From a virus (lineage: Duplodnaviria > Caudoviricetes): DNA of 27,589 nt. This document shows positions 1 to 7,837 of the stretch, in pieces. The stretch's first letter is position 1. Every line of letters begins with the position of its first letter. Location: IMG/VR virus record IMGVR_UViG_3300027813_000065, positions 1 to 27,589 of that record. The stretch is one strand, 5' to 3'. The notes beneath the pieces were generated by a model, which did not search any database, was not told where the DNA came from, and worked only from the letters and a program-made list of their open reading frames with translations. Made by a program: the position numbers and the translations under genes.

Positions 1-111
1 GTAGATGATGACCAACAAAGAGCAGTCACAGAAAATGAAAAGGGAAAAACAATAGGAGAGATAGAGGGCAATATTATATTTTATTATAAGGAGGAACAAG
101 ACAATGAGTAG
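1..111 (+). CDS. 3' end of a hypothetical phage protein (truncated by window edge)
   Basis: Frame +1 is open from base 1 (VDDDQQRAVTENEKGKTIGEIEGNIIFYYKEEQDNE) to TAG at 109-111 and overlaps the next ATG at 104, as other genes in this operon do. Confidence 0.55.
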   Translation, partial: VDDDQQRAVTENEKGKTIGEIEGNIIFYYKEEQDNE

Positions 112-331
112 TGTAACAGGAGAGTGGTGTTGTACTGAGTGTGGCTCATACAATGCTCACCAAGAAGACTTTAATGATGATGAGACAGGGCATGTTATGG
201 GTTGCCAAGATTGTCATTACTATGATGTGTATAGAGAAGACGCAGAAACAGGAGAAGTAATCGAGAACTATCAAGGTTATGACCACCAGTATGCACAAGA
301 TGATAAAGATAATAAGGAGGAAGACAAATGA
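104..331 (+). CDS. Small acidic zinc-ribbon protein
   Basis: Two CxxC pairs (CTEC, CQDC); strong SD AAGGAGG at 88-94; ATGA overlap with the next gene. Confidence 0.75.
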   Translation: MSSVTGEWCCTECGSYNAHQEDFNDDETGHVMGCQDCHYYDVYREDAETGEVIENYQGYDHQYAQDDKDNKEEDK

Positions 332-807
332 CAGTAGTAGTATGGGATGGCGAAACCTTAGCCACAGACAGACAGGCTAGTGATGGCTCACTTAAATGGG
401 AGACAGACAAAGCATGGTATGTAATGAGAGATGACAAACCTTACATAGTATCAGGGGTAGGATACCTTAAATACATTATAACTTTAAGAGAGTGGTTTAC
501 TAATGGTGCTGACCCTGAGAAGTATCCATACGGATTACGCACAGGGACAAGTAGGATTACCACACAGCAACTTGTTGTCATAGACAGAGACAAAGGTCTG
601 ATAGTTTATGATGACTCACCATTCCCAGTAGAGCAGGGGTTTACACCATGTGCATTCGGAGATGGTAAAGAGTTTGCTTATGGTGCATTAAGTATGGGTG
701 CAACTGCAAGTGAGGCAGTAGGAGTTACTAACGAACATTCTTTACATTGTGGGAAAGGAGTGTCATTATATAGTTTACACGATAGTAAGGTAGAGTATTT
801 ATCATGA
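328..807 (+). CDS. HslV/proteasome-beta-like Ntn-hydrolase (putative threonine peptidase)
   Basis: N-terminus M-T-VVVWDGETLATDRQ with Thr2 as candidate nucleophile; C-terminal AFGDGKEFAYGALSMGATASEAV resembles the GSG..A.GA....A.EAV motif of phage HslV-like proteins; SD AAGGAGG upstream. Confidence 0.72.
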   Translation: MTVVVWDGETLATDRQASDGSLKWETDKAWYVMRDDKPYIVSGVGYLKYIITLREWFTNGADPEKYPYGLRTGTSRITTQQLVVIDRDKGLIVYDDSPFPVEQGFTPCAFGDGKEFAYGALSMGATASEAVGVTNEHSLHCGKGVSLYSLHDSKVEYLS

Positions 808-1013
808 AGAAAAAAGATATGGTCAATCACCCTGACCACTATACAAAAGGCATTGAAACAATAGAGTACATAAACTCATGGGGCATGGGGTATGTGGTTG
901 GTAATATTATTAAGTACATCACAAGGTATCCATACAAAGGCACACCCTTAAAAGATTTAGAGAAAGCAAGGTGGTACTTAGACTACCTAATCAAGCAAGA
1001 GAAGAACAAGTAA
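804..1013 (+). CDS. DUF3310 family protein (SaV-like / T7 gp1.7-like putative nucleotide kinase)
   Basis: Signature VNHPDHY...IETIEYI...GNIIKYITR..YKG...DLEKARWYL. Confidence 0.88.
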   Translation: MKKKDMVNHPDHYTKGIETIEYINSWGMGYVVGNIIKYITRYPYKGTPLKDLEKARWYLDYLIKQEKNK

Positions 1014-2878
1014 TGGATATAGTAACCATAGATTTTGAAACCTATTACGATAGGGAGTACTCATTGTCCAAGATGACAACTGAGGCTTACATTCGTGATG
1101 ATAGGTTTGAGGTGATAGGTGTAGCTATTAAAGTTAATGACATGCCAACAGATTGGTATGGGGGTGATGATGTTGGTAAGTTTTTAAACTCATTAGACTA
1201 TTCAGATAAGGTTATACTTGCACACAACACAGCTTTTGATGGGTCTATACTTCAGTGGAAGTATGGCATAGACCCTAAGTTTTGGTTTGATACTATGTCT
1301 ATGGCTAGACCCAAGCATAGTATGACAACAGGTTGTTCCTTAAGTGCATTGTCAAAGTACTATAAGATAGGAACTAAAGGTACTGAAGTTATCAATGCAT
1401 TAGGTAAAACAAAAGCAGACTTTACACCCCAAGAATTTGATGACTATGCTAACTACTGTATCAATGATGTTGAGCTTACCTATAAACTGTGGAAGAAACT
1501 ATCAAAAGGATTTCCCACATCAGAACTTATGGTCATTGACCAAACCTTACGTATGTATACCAACCCTACTATTGAACTAGATAAAGAACTGCTAGTCACT
1601 CACCTGGCAAGAGTAAAGCTTAACAAACAGCAACTACTTGACACGTTATCTACCAAAGGGCTGTCAAACATTCAAGTAAAGAAAGCTCTTATGTCTAACC
1701 CAATGTTTGCTAAGTTACTTATACATGTAGGTGTAACACCACCCATGAAGACTTCAGTTAGGACAGGCAAGGAAACATTTGCCTTTGCTAAGACAGATAA
1801 AGAATTTATAAAGTTACAACAACATCCTAATTCTGTGGTGCAACAACTTGTATCAGCAAGGCTAGGTGTAAAGTCTACTATAGAGGAGACACGAACTGAG
1901 AATCTAATAGCAGTAGCAGACAGAGGTAGTCTACCTATAATGCTCAACTATTATGGTGCACACACAGGCAGGTTTTCAGGTGGTGATAAATTAAATTTAC
2001 AGAACTTACCTCGTAGTGGTGCTCTAAGGAAATCTTTAGTAGCACCCAAAGGTAACGTACTGATAGCATGTGACTCATCACAGATTGAGGCACGAATGGT
2101 TGCATATATAAGTAAGCAAGAAGATTTAGTACAAGCATTCAGAGAGGGTAGAGATGTGTACAGTGAGTTTGCTAGTGATGTATATGGTAGAAAGATTACA
2201 AAGAAAGACAAGCTAGAGAGGTTTGTAGGTAAGACTTGCATACTAGGTTTAGGCTATGGTATGGGGGCAGTAAAGTTTAAGGACACGTTGGCTATGGGTC
2301 AAGGTGGGTTGTCAGTAGACATAGATTTAAACGAGGCTAAAAGAATTGTTACTTTATATAGACAGAAAAACCACAACATAGTTTCTTTTTGGAGGCTATG
2401 TGGTCATGCATTAGAGACCATGATTGGTGGAGGAGTAGGGTCTATAGGGAGTGGCATGTGTAAGTATGATTCGAAAGGAATTATATTACCAAACAATCTT
2501 AGGGTCAGATACCCTGAGCTAAGAAGAACATCAGATGGATTCGAGTACATATCTAATGCTAGGACTTACAGGAAGTTAAACACTACTGGAAGTGTAGAGG
2601 ATAAGGATTGGACTAGGATTTATGGTGGTAAAGTAACAGAGAATGTTGTTCAAGCACTGGCTAGGATAGTAGTATCAGAACAAATGGTTGAGATAGGTAA
2701 GCATTACCAAGTCTTATTCCAAGTACATGATGAGATAATCGTGTGCGTGATGCAAGAAAACAAGTCGGACACACAACAACATGTTGAGACAATCATGTCT
2801 ACTTCACCCAGCTGGGCACAGGACTTACCCGTGGCTTGTGAAAGTGGAGTAGGATTTAACTATGGAGAGGCAAAATGA
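1013..2878 (+). CDS. polA: Phage DNA polymerase, family A, with 3'-5' exonuclease domain
   Basis: ExoI IDFET, ExoII AHNTAFD, ExoIII YCINDV; pol motif A CDSSQIEAR, motif B RFVGKTCILGLGYG, motif C VHDE. Start placed at ATG 1013 (TAATG coupling to the upstream stop) rather than GTG 971. Confidence 0.95.
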   Translation: MDIVTIDFETYYDREYSLSKMTTEAYIRDDRFEVIGVAIKVNDMPTDWYGGDDVGKFLNSLDYSDKVILAHNTAFDGSILQWKYGIDPKFWFDTMSMARPKHSMTTGCSLSALSKYYKIGTKGTEVINALGKTKADFTPQEFDDYANYCINDVELTYKLWKKLSKGFPTSELMVIDQTLRMYTNPTIELDKELLVTHLARVKLNKQQLLDTLSTKGLSNIQVKKALMSNPMFAKLLIHVGVTPPMKTSVRTGKETFAFAKTDKEFIKLQQHPNSVVQQLVSARLGVKSTIEETRTENLIAVADRGSLPIMLNYYGAHTGRFSGGDKLNLQNLPRSGALRKSLVAPKGNVLIACDSSQIEARMVAYISKQEDLVQAFREGRDVYSEFASDVYGRKITKKDKLERFVGKTCILGLGYGMGAVKFKDTLAMGQGGLSVDIDLNEAKRIVTLYRQKNHNIVSFWRLCGHALETMIGGGVGSIGSGMCKYDSKGIILPNNLRVRYPELRRTSDGFEYISNARTYRKLNTTGSVEDKDWTRIYGGKVTENVVQALARIVVSEQMVEIGKHYQVLFQVHDEIIVCVMQENKSDTQQHVETIMSTSPSWAQDLPVACESGVGFNYGEAK

Positions 2879-3132
2879 CAGACATAATAGGTGTAGATGG
2901 GAAAGAAATAAAATCAGAAAGAAAAGGAATCCAAGAGGAGGGACTACTACTACTAGAAAAAGTGCACGAAGATATTAAAAATGTAGAGCCTAAAGAATTT
3001 GATTCTCTTACTGTATTGGTAAAGATAAAAGGTAAGTACCTTAAATATTCGATAGGGATTGTTGACGCACTATTAGATGTGGGACAGCTTGAGGCTATCA
3101 AGCATGACATACTAAAGAAAATGCATTCATGA
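2875..3132 (+). CDS. Hypothetical protein (85 aa)
   Basis: ATGA overlaps at both ends; GGAGAGG upstream; no motif recognised. Confidence 0.7.
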   Translation: MTDIIGVDGKEIKSERKGIQEEGLLLLEKVHEDIKNVEPKEFDSLTVLVKIKGKYLKYSIGIVDALLDVGQLEAIKHDILKKMHS

Positions 3133-3788
3133 AACTAACTCATAGTTATTCTTCTATAAAGATGTATGAGAATTGTCCGAAACGATACATGCACCAACGT
3201 GTTAACAAGGAAGTTACAGACACAGGTAGTGAGGCTACTAAGTTTGGAGAGCGAGTGCATTCTGATTTAGAAAACAGGTTACTGCATGGGACGGCCCTGC
3301 CTCAAGAGTCAAGCAAACACGAACAAGTCTGCACAACTTTACAAGAACTGACTAAGGACGCTACCCTTCTTGCAGAGCAACAGCTATGTCTTAATGAAAA
3401 CCTTACACCAACAGGTTGGTGGGATGAGGACGCATGGTTACGTAGCATACTTGACGTACTTATTATAAAAGATTCGACAGCTATAGTAATAGATTGGAAG
3501 ACAGGTAAACGTAGACCTGACTTCATGCAACTACAACTCTTTGCTTTACAGGTATTCAAACACTACCCTGAAGTAGAAAAGGTTAAGTCATCTTTGGTAT
3601 GGTTGAAAGAGGGGAAGACTGACACCGAGACCTACACTTCTAATCATACAAGTTTAATGTGGGCAGACTTGTTGGCTCGTATAGAAAGAATCAATCAGTC
3701 TTATAAGACAGGGAACTTTCCAGCAAGACCTAGTGGACTATGCCCATGGTGCCCTGCTAAAAATATATGTGAGTATGCAAAGTTATAA
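3129..3788 (+). CDS. PD-(D/E)XK Cas4/RecB-like exonuclease
   Basis: SYSSIKMYENCP, G..VH, LDVL...IDWKTGK, QLQLFA, and C-terminal CPWCPAKNIC (four Cys for an Fe-S cluster). Confidence 0.9.
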   Translation: MKLTHSYSSIKMYENCPKRYMHQRVNKEVTDTGSEATKFGERVHSDLENRLLHGTALPQESSKHEQVCTTLQELTKDATLLAEQQLCLNENLTPTGWWDEDAWLRSILDVLIIKDSTAIVIDWKTGKRRPDFMQLQLFALQVFKHYPEVEKVKSSLVWLKEGKTDTETYTSNHTSLMWADLLARIERINQSYKTGNFPARPSGLCPWCPAKNICEYAKL

Positions 3789-3791
3789 TAC

Positions 3792-3819
3792 TTGACACTA
3801 GTGTATGCTTAGGTATACT
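3792..3819 (+). promoter_or_regulatory. Sigma70-type promoter
   Basis: TTGACA (3792-3797), 16 bp spacer, TATACT (3814-3819), in one of the few intergenic gaps of the arm. Confidence 0.7.
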
Positions 3820-3825
3820 TACTAT

Positions 3826-4131
3826 ATGGCTACAACACCCGAGGGAAAAATAAAACTTAAACTTGACAAGATGTTAAAGTCTTACCATAGAGAGGTATGG
3901 TTTTATAACCCCCAAGCAGGAGCATTTGGTAGAGCAGGAATACCTGACAAGATACTCTGTGTAAATGGATTTTTTATTGGAGTAGAGTGTAAGGCAGACA
4001 GGACTAAGAAACCCACTGCCTTACAACTTCAGTGTATGAAACATATAGAACTAGCAGGAGGTATTTGTTTTGTTGTATATGATGACCAAACGATTGACCA
4101 AGTTAGACTATATATAGAGAGAATTAAATGA
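3826..4131 (+). CDS. VRR-NUC domain nuclease (putative Holliday junction resolvase)
   Basis: TPEGKIK...GRAGIPDKILCVNGFFIGVECKA...KPTALQ...I..AGG. Start at ATG 3826 preferred over 3805, which lies inside the promoter. Confidence 0.88.
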   Translation: MATTPEGKIKLKLDKMLKSYHREVWFYNPQAGAFGRAGIPDKILCVNGFFIGVECKADRTKKPTALQLQCMKHIELAGGICFVVYDDQTIDQVRLYIERIK

Positions 4132-5681
4132 TAGTAGTAGAGAAATCAAAAGCGATAGCATTAAACTTAAAGAATCCTAACAGGGTATTAGACGTTATAC
4201 CTGACGCTAGACAACTTATGTTTAACAACCAGCAACTTGTTGTCACACCACATACAATACCTGCTTCCAGAGCATTACGTACGCTAGGATTTAAAGTACC
4301 CTCACCCATACTACATTATTACGATTGGTGTGGAGACTTTATCCCATATGAACATCAGAAAATGACATCAGCTTTTCTAACTATGAACGACAAAGCATTA
4401 GTACTTAACGAGATAGGTACAGGTAAAACACAATCAGCTTTATGGGCATGTGATTATCTAATGCAGACAAAAGTTATTAAGAAAGTATTAATTATATCAC
4501 CACTATCCACACTCGAGAGAGTATGGGGTGATGGTATCTTCATGGGATTTCCACATAGACAGGCTGTTACACTACATGGAACTAGTGCTAGGAGAAAACA
4601 ATTACTTAAAACCAATGCAGATTTTTTTATTATTAACCATGATGGATTTGGAATTATATCTGAGGAGGCTAAGAATATGTTTGACCTCATCATAGTAGAT
4701 GAGGCGGCTGTGTTACGTAACCCATCCACCAACAAGTTTAAGATACTTAGGAAATATTTATCCCTGCACCCTGATATAAAGTTATGGTTGATGACAGGTA
4801 CACCTACACCTAATGACCCAACAGACGCATGGGCATTGGCTAAGTTAGTAGGTAGTCCCTATGTTAGTAAAACTTATACAGCATTTAGAGAGTCAGTCAT
4901 GTTAAAGATAGGGCAATGGAAATGGATACCAAGACCTGAGTCTATAAATATTGTTAAGCATGTACTGTATCCTGCTGTACGATATAGCAGAGATGAGTGT
5001 CTTGACCTACCTGATACTGTATTTCAGACTAGGAAAGTACCCCTTACTGTAGAACAAAAAGACCACCACGATAAAATGTTAAAGCATTATGTAACAGAAC
5101 TGGCACAAGAAGGCACGATAACAGCTGTCAATGAGGCAGTTAAACTACAGAAACTTGTGCAGATAAGTTGTGGTGTTGTGTACGGAGATGATGGTCAGCA
5201 TATAGAATTAGATTGTGCACCTAGAGTTAACTTAGTTAAAGAAGTTATAGAAGAAGTAGGTGGCAAGGTAATAGTATTTGTTCCACTAACAGGAACACTA
5301 AAGATGTTAGAGAGAATACTCTCAAAGCAATGGAGTGTTGGTGTAGTCAATGGTGCAGTTTCGGCTAATAAAAGAAACAAAATATTCTATGACTTCCAAC
5401 ATACAAAAGACCCTCATGTCTTAGTAGCACATCCTGCAACTATGGCTCATGGTCTGACACTAACTTCTGCTAGCACTATCATATGGTATGGACCAGTGAC
5501 AAGCAACGAGCAATACGTTCAGGCTAACGGCAGGATAGAAAGGATAGGCAAAAAACACGTATCAAACATAGTACATATAGAGGCAACTGACCTCGAACAT
5601 AAAATGTTTGAGCGACTAAAGAACAAACAGAAACTACAAGGTCTATTACTAGACCTAATTAAGGAGGGAACAATCGAATGA
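4128..5681 (+). CDS. SNF2-family (SF2) DNA helicase
   Basis: Walker A NEIGTGKT, motif II IIVDEAA, motif III MTGTP, motif V AHGLTL, motif VI QANGRIERIG. Confidence 0.92.
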   Translation: MIVVEKSKAIALNLKNPNRVLDVIPDARQLMFNNQQLVVTPHTIPASRALRTLGFKVPSPILHYYDWCGDFIPYEHQKMTSAFLTMNDKALVLNEIGTGKTQSALWACDYLMQTKVIKKVLIISPLSTLERVWGDGIFMGFPHRQAVTLHGTSARRKQLLKTNADFFIINHDGFGIISEEAKNMFDLIIVDEAAVLRNPSTNKFKILRKYLSLHPDIKLWLMTGTPTPNDPTDAWALAKLVGSPYVSKTYTAFRESVMLKIGQWKWIPRPESINIVKHVLYPAVRYSRDECLDLPDTVFQTRKVPLTVEQKDHHDKMLKHYVTELAQEGTITAVNEAVKLQKLVQISCGVVYGDDGQHIELDCAPRVNLVKEVIEEVGGKVIVFVPLTGTLKMLERILSKQWSVGVVNGAVSANKRNKIFYDFQHTKDPHVLVAHPATMAHGLTLTSASTIIWYGPVTSNEQYVQANGRIERIGKKHVSNIVHIEATDLEHKMFERLKNKQKLQGLLLDLIKEGTIE

Positions 5682-6091
5682 CTATAAGAATAGTAACTGT
5701 AGATAAAGTTATATCTACATATATAAATTTTAGAAATCAGAAAGAGGCTATTGAATCTGAGTCTAAGGCAAAGGTTAAAGAACTTAAAGAACAGATGGCT
5801 AAACTAGAGGCATGGCTAAAGGAAAGAGCAGACCAAGATGGTGTGGATTCTTTTAAGACAGCCAATGGTACAGCATTTCTAACGACCACTGACTTTGCAC
5901 AGGTAGCAGATTGGGACGCAGTATTATCTTTTATAAAAGACAATGAGGCATTTGATTTGCTTGAGAAACGAGTTAGTAAAACAGCAGTGCGTGGATATAT
6001 TGAGGCTAATAAAGCTGTACCATCAGGTGTGAACTATGGTACACGTATTGATATCAACGTTAGAAAACCAGCTGTTAAGGTGAGTGACTAA
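5678..6091 (+). CDS. Phage coiled-coil protein (possibly Gp157/Gam-like)
   Basis: SD AAGGAGG; N-terminal coiled coil followed by KTANGTAF...DWDAV..FI...LLEKRVSKTAV...VPSGV; function uncertain. Confidence 0.6.
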   Translation: MTIRIVTVDKVISTYINFRNQKEAIESESKAKVKELKEQMAKLEAWLKERADQDGVDSFKTANGTAFLTTTDFAQVADWDAVLSFIKDNEAFDLLEKRVSKTAVRGYIEANKAVPSGVNYGTRIDINVRKPAVKVSD

Positions 6092-6768
6092 TGATTAGCT
6101 CAAGACTATCTATTAAAGATTCTCGCTTTCATATTGTGTCTCAGGATAAAACTGAAACACTTGAGCAAACAAGTCTAGACGTGGTAATCGTAGGTGCGAA
6201 CCCTGGACTAGCTAAGCAATATTATGAAGGAGAATTTTCTGCTGATAGAGAGTCATATACACCTGACTGTTATTCACTTGATGGTATAACACCCAATAAA
6301 AATAGTGCCCTAATTCAAAGTGATGTATGTGCACTGTGCTCTCAAAATTCATGGGGGTCTAGAGTTACACCACAAGGATTCAAAGTTAAAGCATGTTCCG
6401 ATATTAAAAGACTTGCTATTACCTTTGCAGACAAACCTAAAGAAATTTATCTACTGCAAGTAACCCCTTCATCTTTGAAGAGTTTGAACGCATATCAAAA
6501 GACATTGTCTATGAGAGGTATTGCACCTGAGATTAGTAAGACAACACTGTCGTTTGATACTGAAGTTACATTCCCTAAACTTAAGTTTAAGTTTGGTGGT
6601 CTTGTTTCTAAAGACGCTCAATCATACGTCGATTCGATTATCGATGCGGACGTTGTAAAGATGGTGACAGGTGAACTTGCTGTGACAAATAAACCAACTA
6701 CTCCCGCAGAAGAATATGGATTCACTGATGAAGTAGGATACACAATCAACAATAAGTCGGAGGACTAA
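6091..6768 (+). CDS. Cys-motif phage replication-module protein (putative ssDNA-binding/annealing protein)
   Basis: PDCYSLDG..P, CALCSQNSWGS and KACSDIKRLA give four Cys (possible Zn site); TAATG coupling. Function inferred from context and recalled family. Confidence 0.55.
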   Translation: MISSRLSIKDSRFHIVSQDKTETLEQTSLDVVIVGANPGLAKQYYEGEFSADRESYTPDCYSLDGITPNKNSALIQSDVCALCSQNSWGSRVTPQGFKVKACSDIKRLAITFADKPKEIYLLQVTPSSLKSLNAYQKTLSMRGIAPEISKTTLSFDTEVTFPKLKFKFGGLVSKDAQSYVDSIIDADVVKMVTGELAVTNKPTTPAEEYGFTDEVGYTINNKSED

Positions 6769-6770
6769 AC

Positions 6771-7487
6771 ATGACAACAAAAATATTAACACCAAAAGGT
6801 ATAGCTCACTATCCGTATATCAGTAAGCCTGATGAAGGCAGAGAGTATTCTGATGGTAAGTACAAAGTTAATTTATCTATACCTGCTGAAGAAGCTCAGC
6901 CTATAATCGAGCAAATCAATGCTGTATTACTTGCTGGTATCAAAGCTGAGAAAGATAAAAACCCTAACAAGAAAATAAAATCAGCTCCAATACCTTATAG
7001 TAATGAAGTGGATGAAGACGGAAATGAAACAGGCAATGTTATTATTAAGTTTAAATCTAAATACAAACCATCTGTAGTGGACGCAAAGAATAACCTAATG
7101 GTAGACCATAATATATATGGTGGCTCAGTGCTCAGAGTGGGTGGTGTGGTATCATTTTACAACTCAGCTATTGGTTGTGGTGTAACTATAAGACTCGGAG
7201 CTGTTCAGATTATTGAATACGTTGAGGGTAGTGCAGGTGGAAACTTTGGATTCGGTGAAGAAGAAGGCTTTACTTTCTCTTCCGATGAGTCGACAGACAC
7301 ACCTGAAGAAGTTGACATAAGTGTTAACGTTTCCGCTGCCGCTGCAGAAGTTGCACCAACAAAACCTAAAGCTAAACCTAAAGCTAAACCCGTACCTGTT
7401 GAAGAGCCTGCACCTGTTGCAGTAACTAAAGAAGGTACTAGCCTAGCAGATGAGATAGCTAACTTGATAGGGGAAACTGATGACTAA
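6771..7487 (+). CDS. T7 gp2.5-like single-stranded DNA-binding protein with extended C-terminal tail
   Basis: TPKGIAHYPYISKPD...GKYKVNL...IIKFKSK..P.VVDAK...IYGGS...GVTIRLGAVQIIEYVE followed by an acidic tail; SD GGAGG. Confidence 0.85.
   Translation: MTTKILTPKGIAHYPYISKPDEGREYSDGKYKVNLSIPAEEAQPIIEQINAVLLAGIKAEKDKNPNKKIKSAPIPYSNEVDEDGNETGNVIIKFKSKYKPSVVDAKNNLMVDHNIYGGSVLRVGGVVSFYNSAIGCGVTIRLGAVQIIEYVEGSAGGNFGFGEEEGFTFSSDESTDTPEEVDISVNVSAAAAEVAPTKPKAKPKAKPVPVEEPAPVAVTKEGTSLADEIANLIGETDD
7362..7390 (+). repeat. 12-bp tandem repeat (AAACCTAAAGCT, about 2.4 copies) encoding KPKAKPKAKP
   Basis: Read directly from the sequence. Confidence 0.85.
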
Positions 7488-7761
7488 CAAAGCTCCATTA
7501 GACTTCAAGAAAATAGAAGCTCTAAGGAAGCATATGCTACTTACTACAAGTAACATGGCTGAGTTACTAGAAATATCTCGCATGACTTATTACGGATGGG
7601 TAAAGGGAAAGCCTGTCCGTAGGAATAACGAAGATAGAGTAAGAAGAACTCTAAGAATCTTATTGAAAGCTATGGAAGGTGGATGGCCTCAGCCTGAAAT
7701 CATTTCGATTGAGCAGAAAAATAGATTCAAAAGGCTTCTTGAGCTTTTAGATAAAAAATAA
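7480..7761 (+). CDS. Cro/CI (XRE)-type helix-turn-helix protein
   Basis: IEALRKHMLLTTSNMAELLEISRMTYYGWVKG fits the XRE HTH pattern. Confidence 0.8.
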   Translation: MTNKAPLDFKKIEALRKHMLLTTSNMAELLEISRMTYYGWVKGKPVRRNNEDRVRRTLRILLKAMEGGWPQPEIISIEQKNRFKRLLELLDKK

Positions 7762-7808
7762 TAGTATAAATAATACGGGTGGTTATTAGTTGTTTACTCC
7801 TAGCCACC
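7739..7808 (+). promoter_or_regulatory. Possible weak sigma70 promoter plus leader hairpin upstream of the primase
   Basis: TTGAGC (7739-7744), 17 bp, TAGTAT (7762-7767); inverted repeat GGTGGTTA (7778-7785) / TAGCCACC (7801-7808) with one G-U pair. Confidence 0.3.
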
Positions 7809-7837
7809 TTAATGAGTAATCGAGGGGAGAGTATATC

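Noticed and set aside
971-1012. GTG-initiated 14-aa N-terminal extension of PolA
   Set aside because: It overlaps the DUF3310 gene; ATG 1013 is TAATG-coupled and directly precedes the ExoI motif.
3129-3788. Cas4-like gene as evidence of a CRISPR-Cas system
   Set aside because: No repeat-spacer array or other cas genes; solo Cas4-like nucleases are routine in phage replication modules.
3863-3892. Second TTGACA hexamer inside the VRR-NUC gene
   Set aside because: No acceptable -10 box at 16-18 bp spacing.
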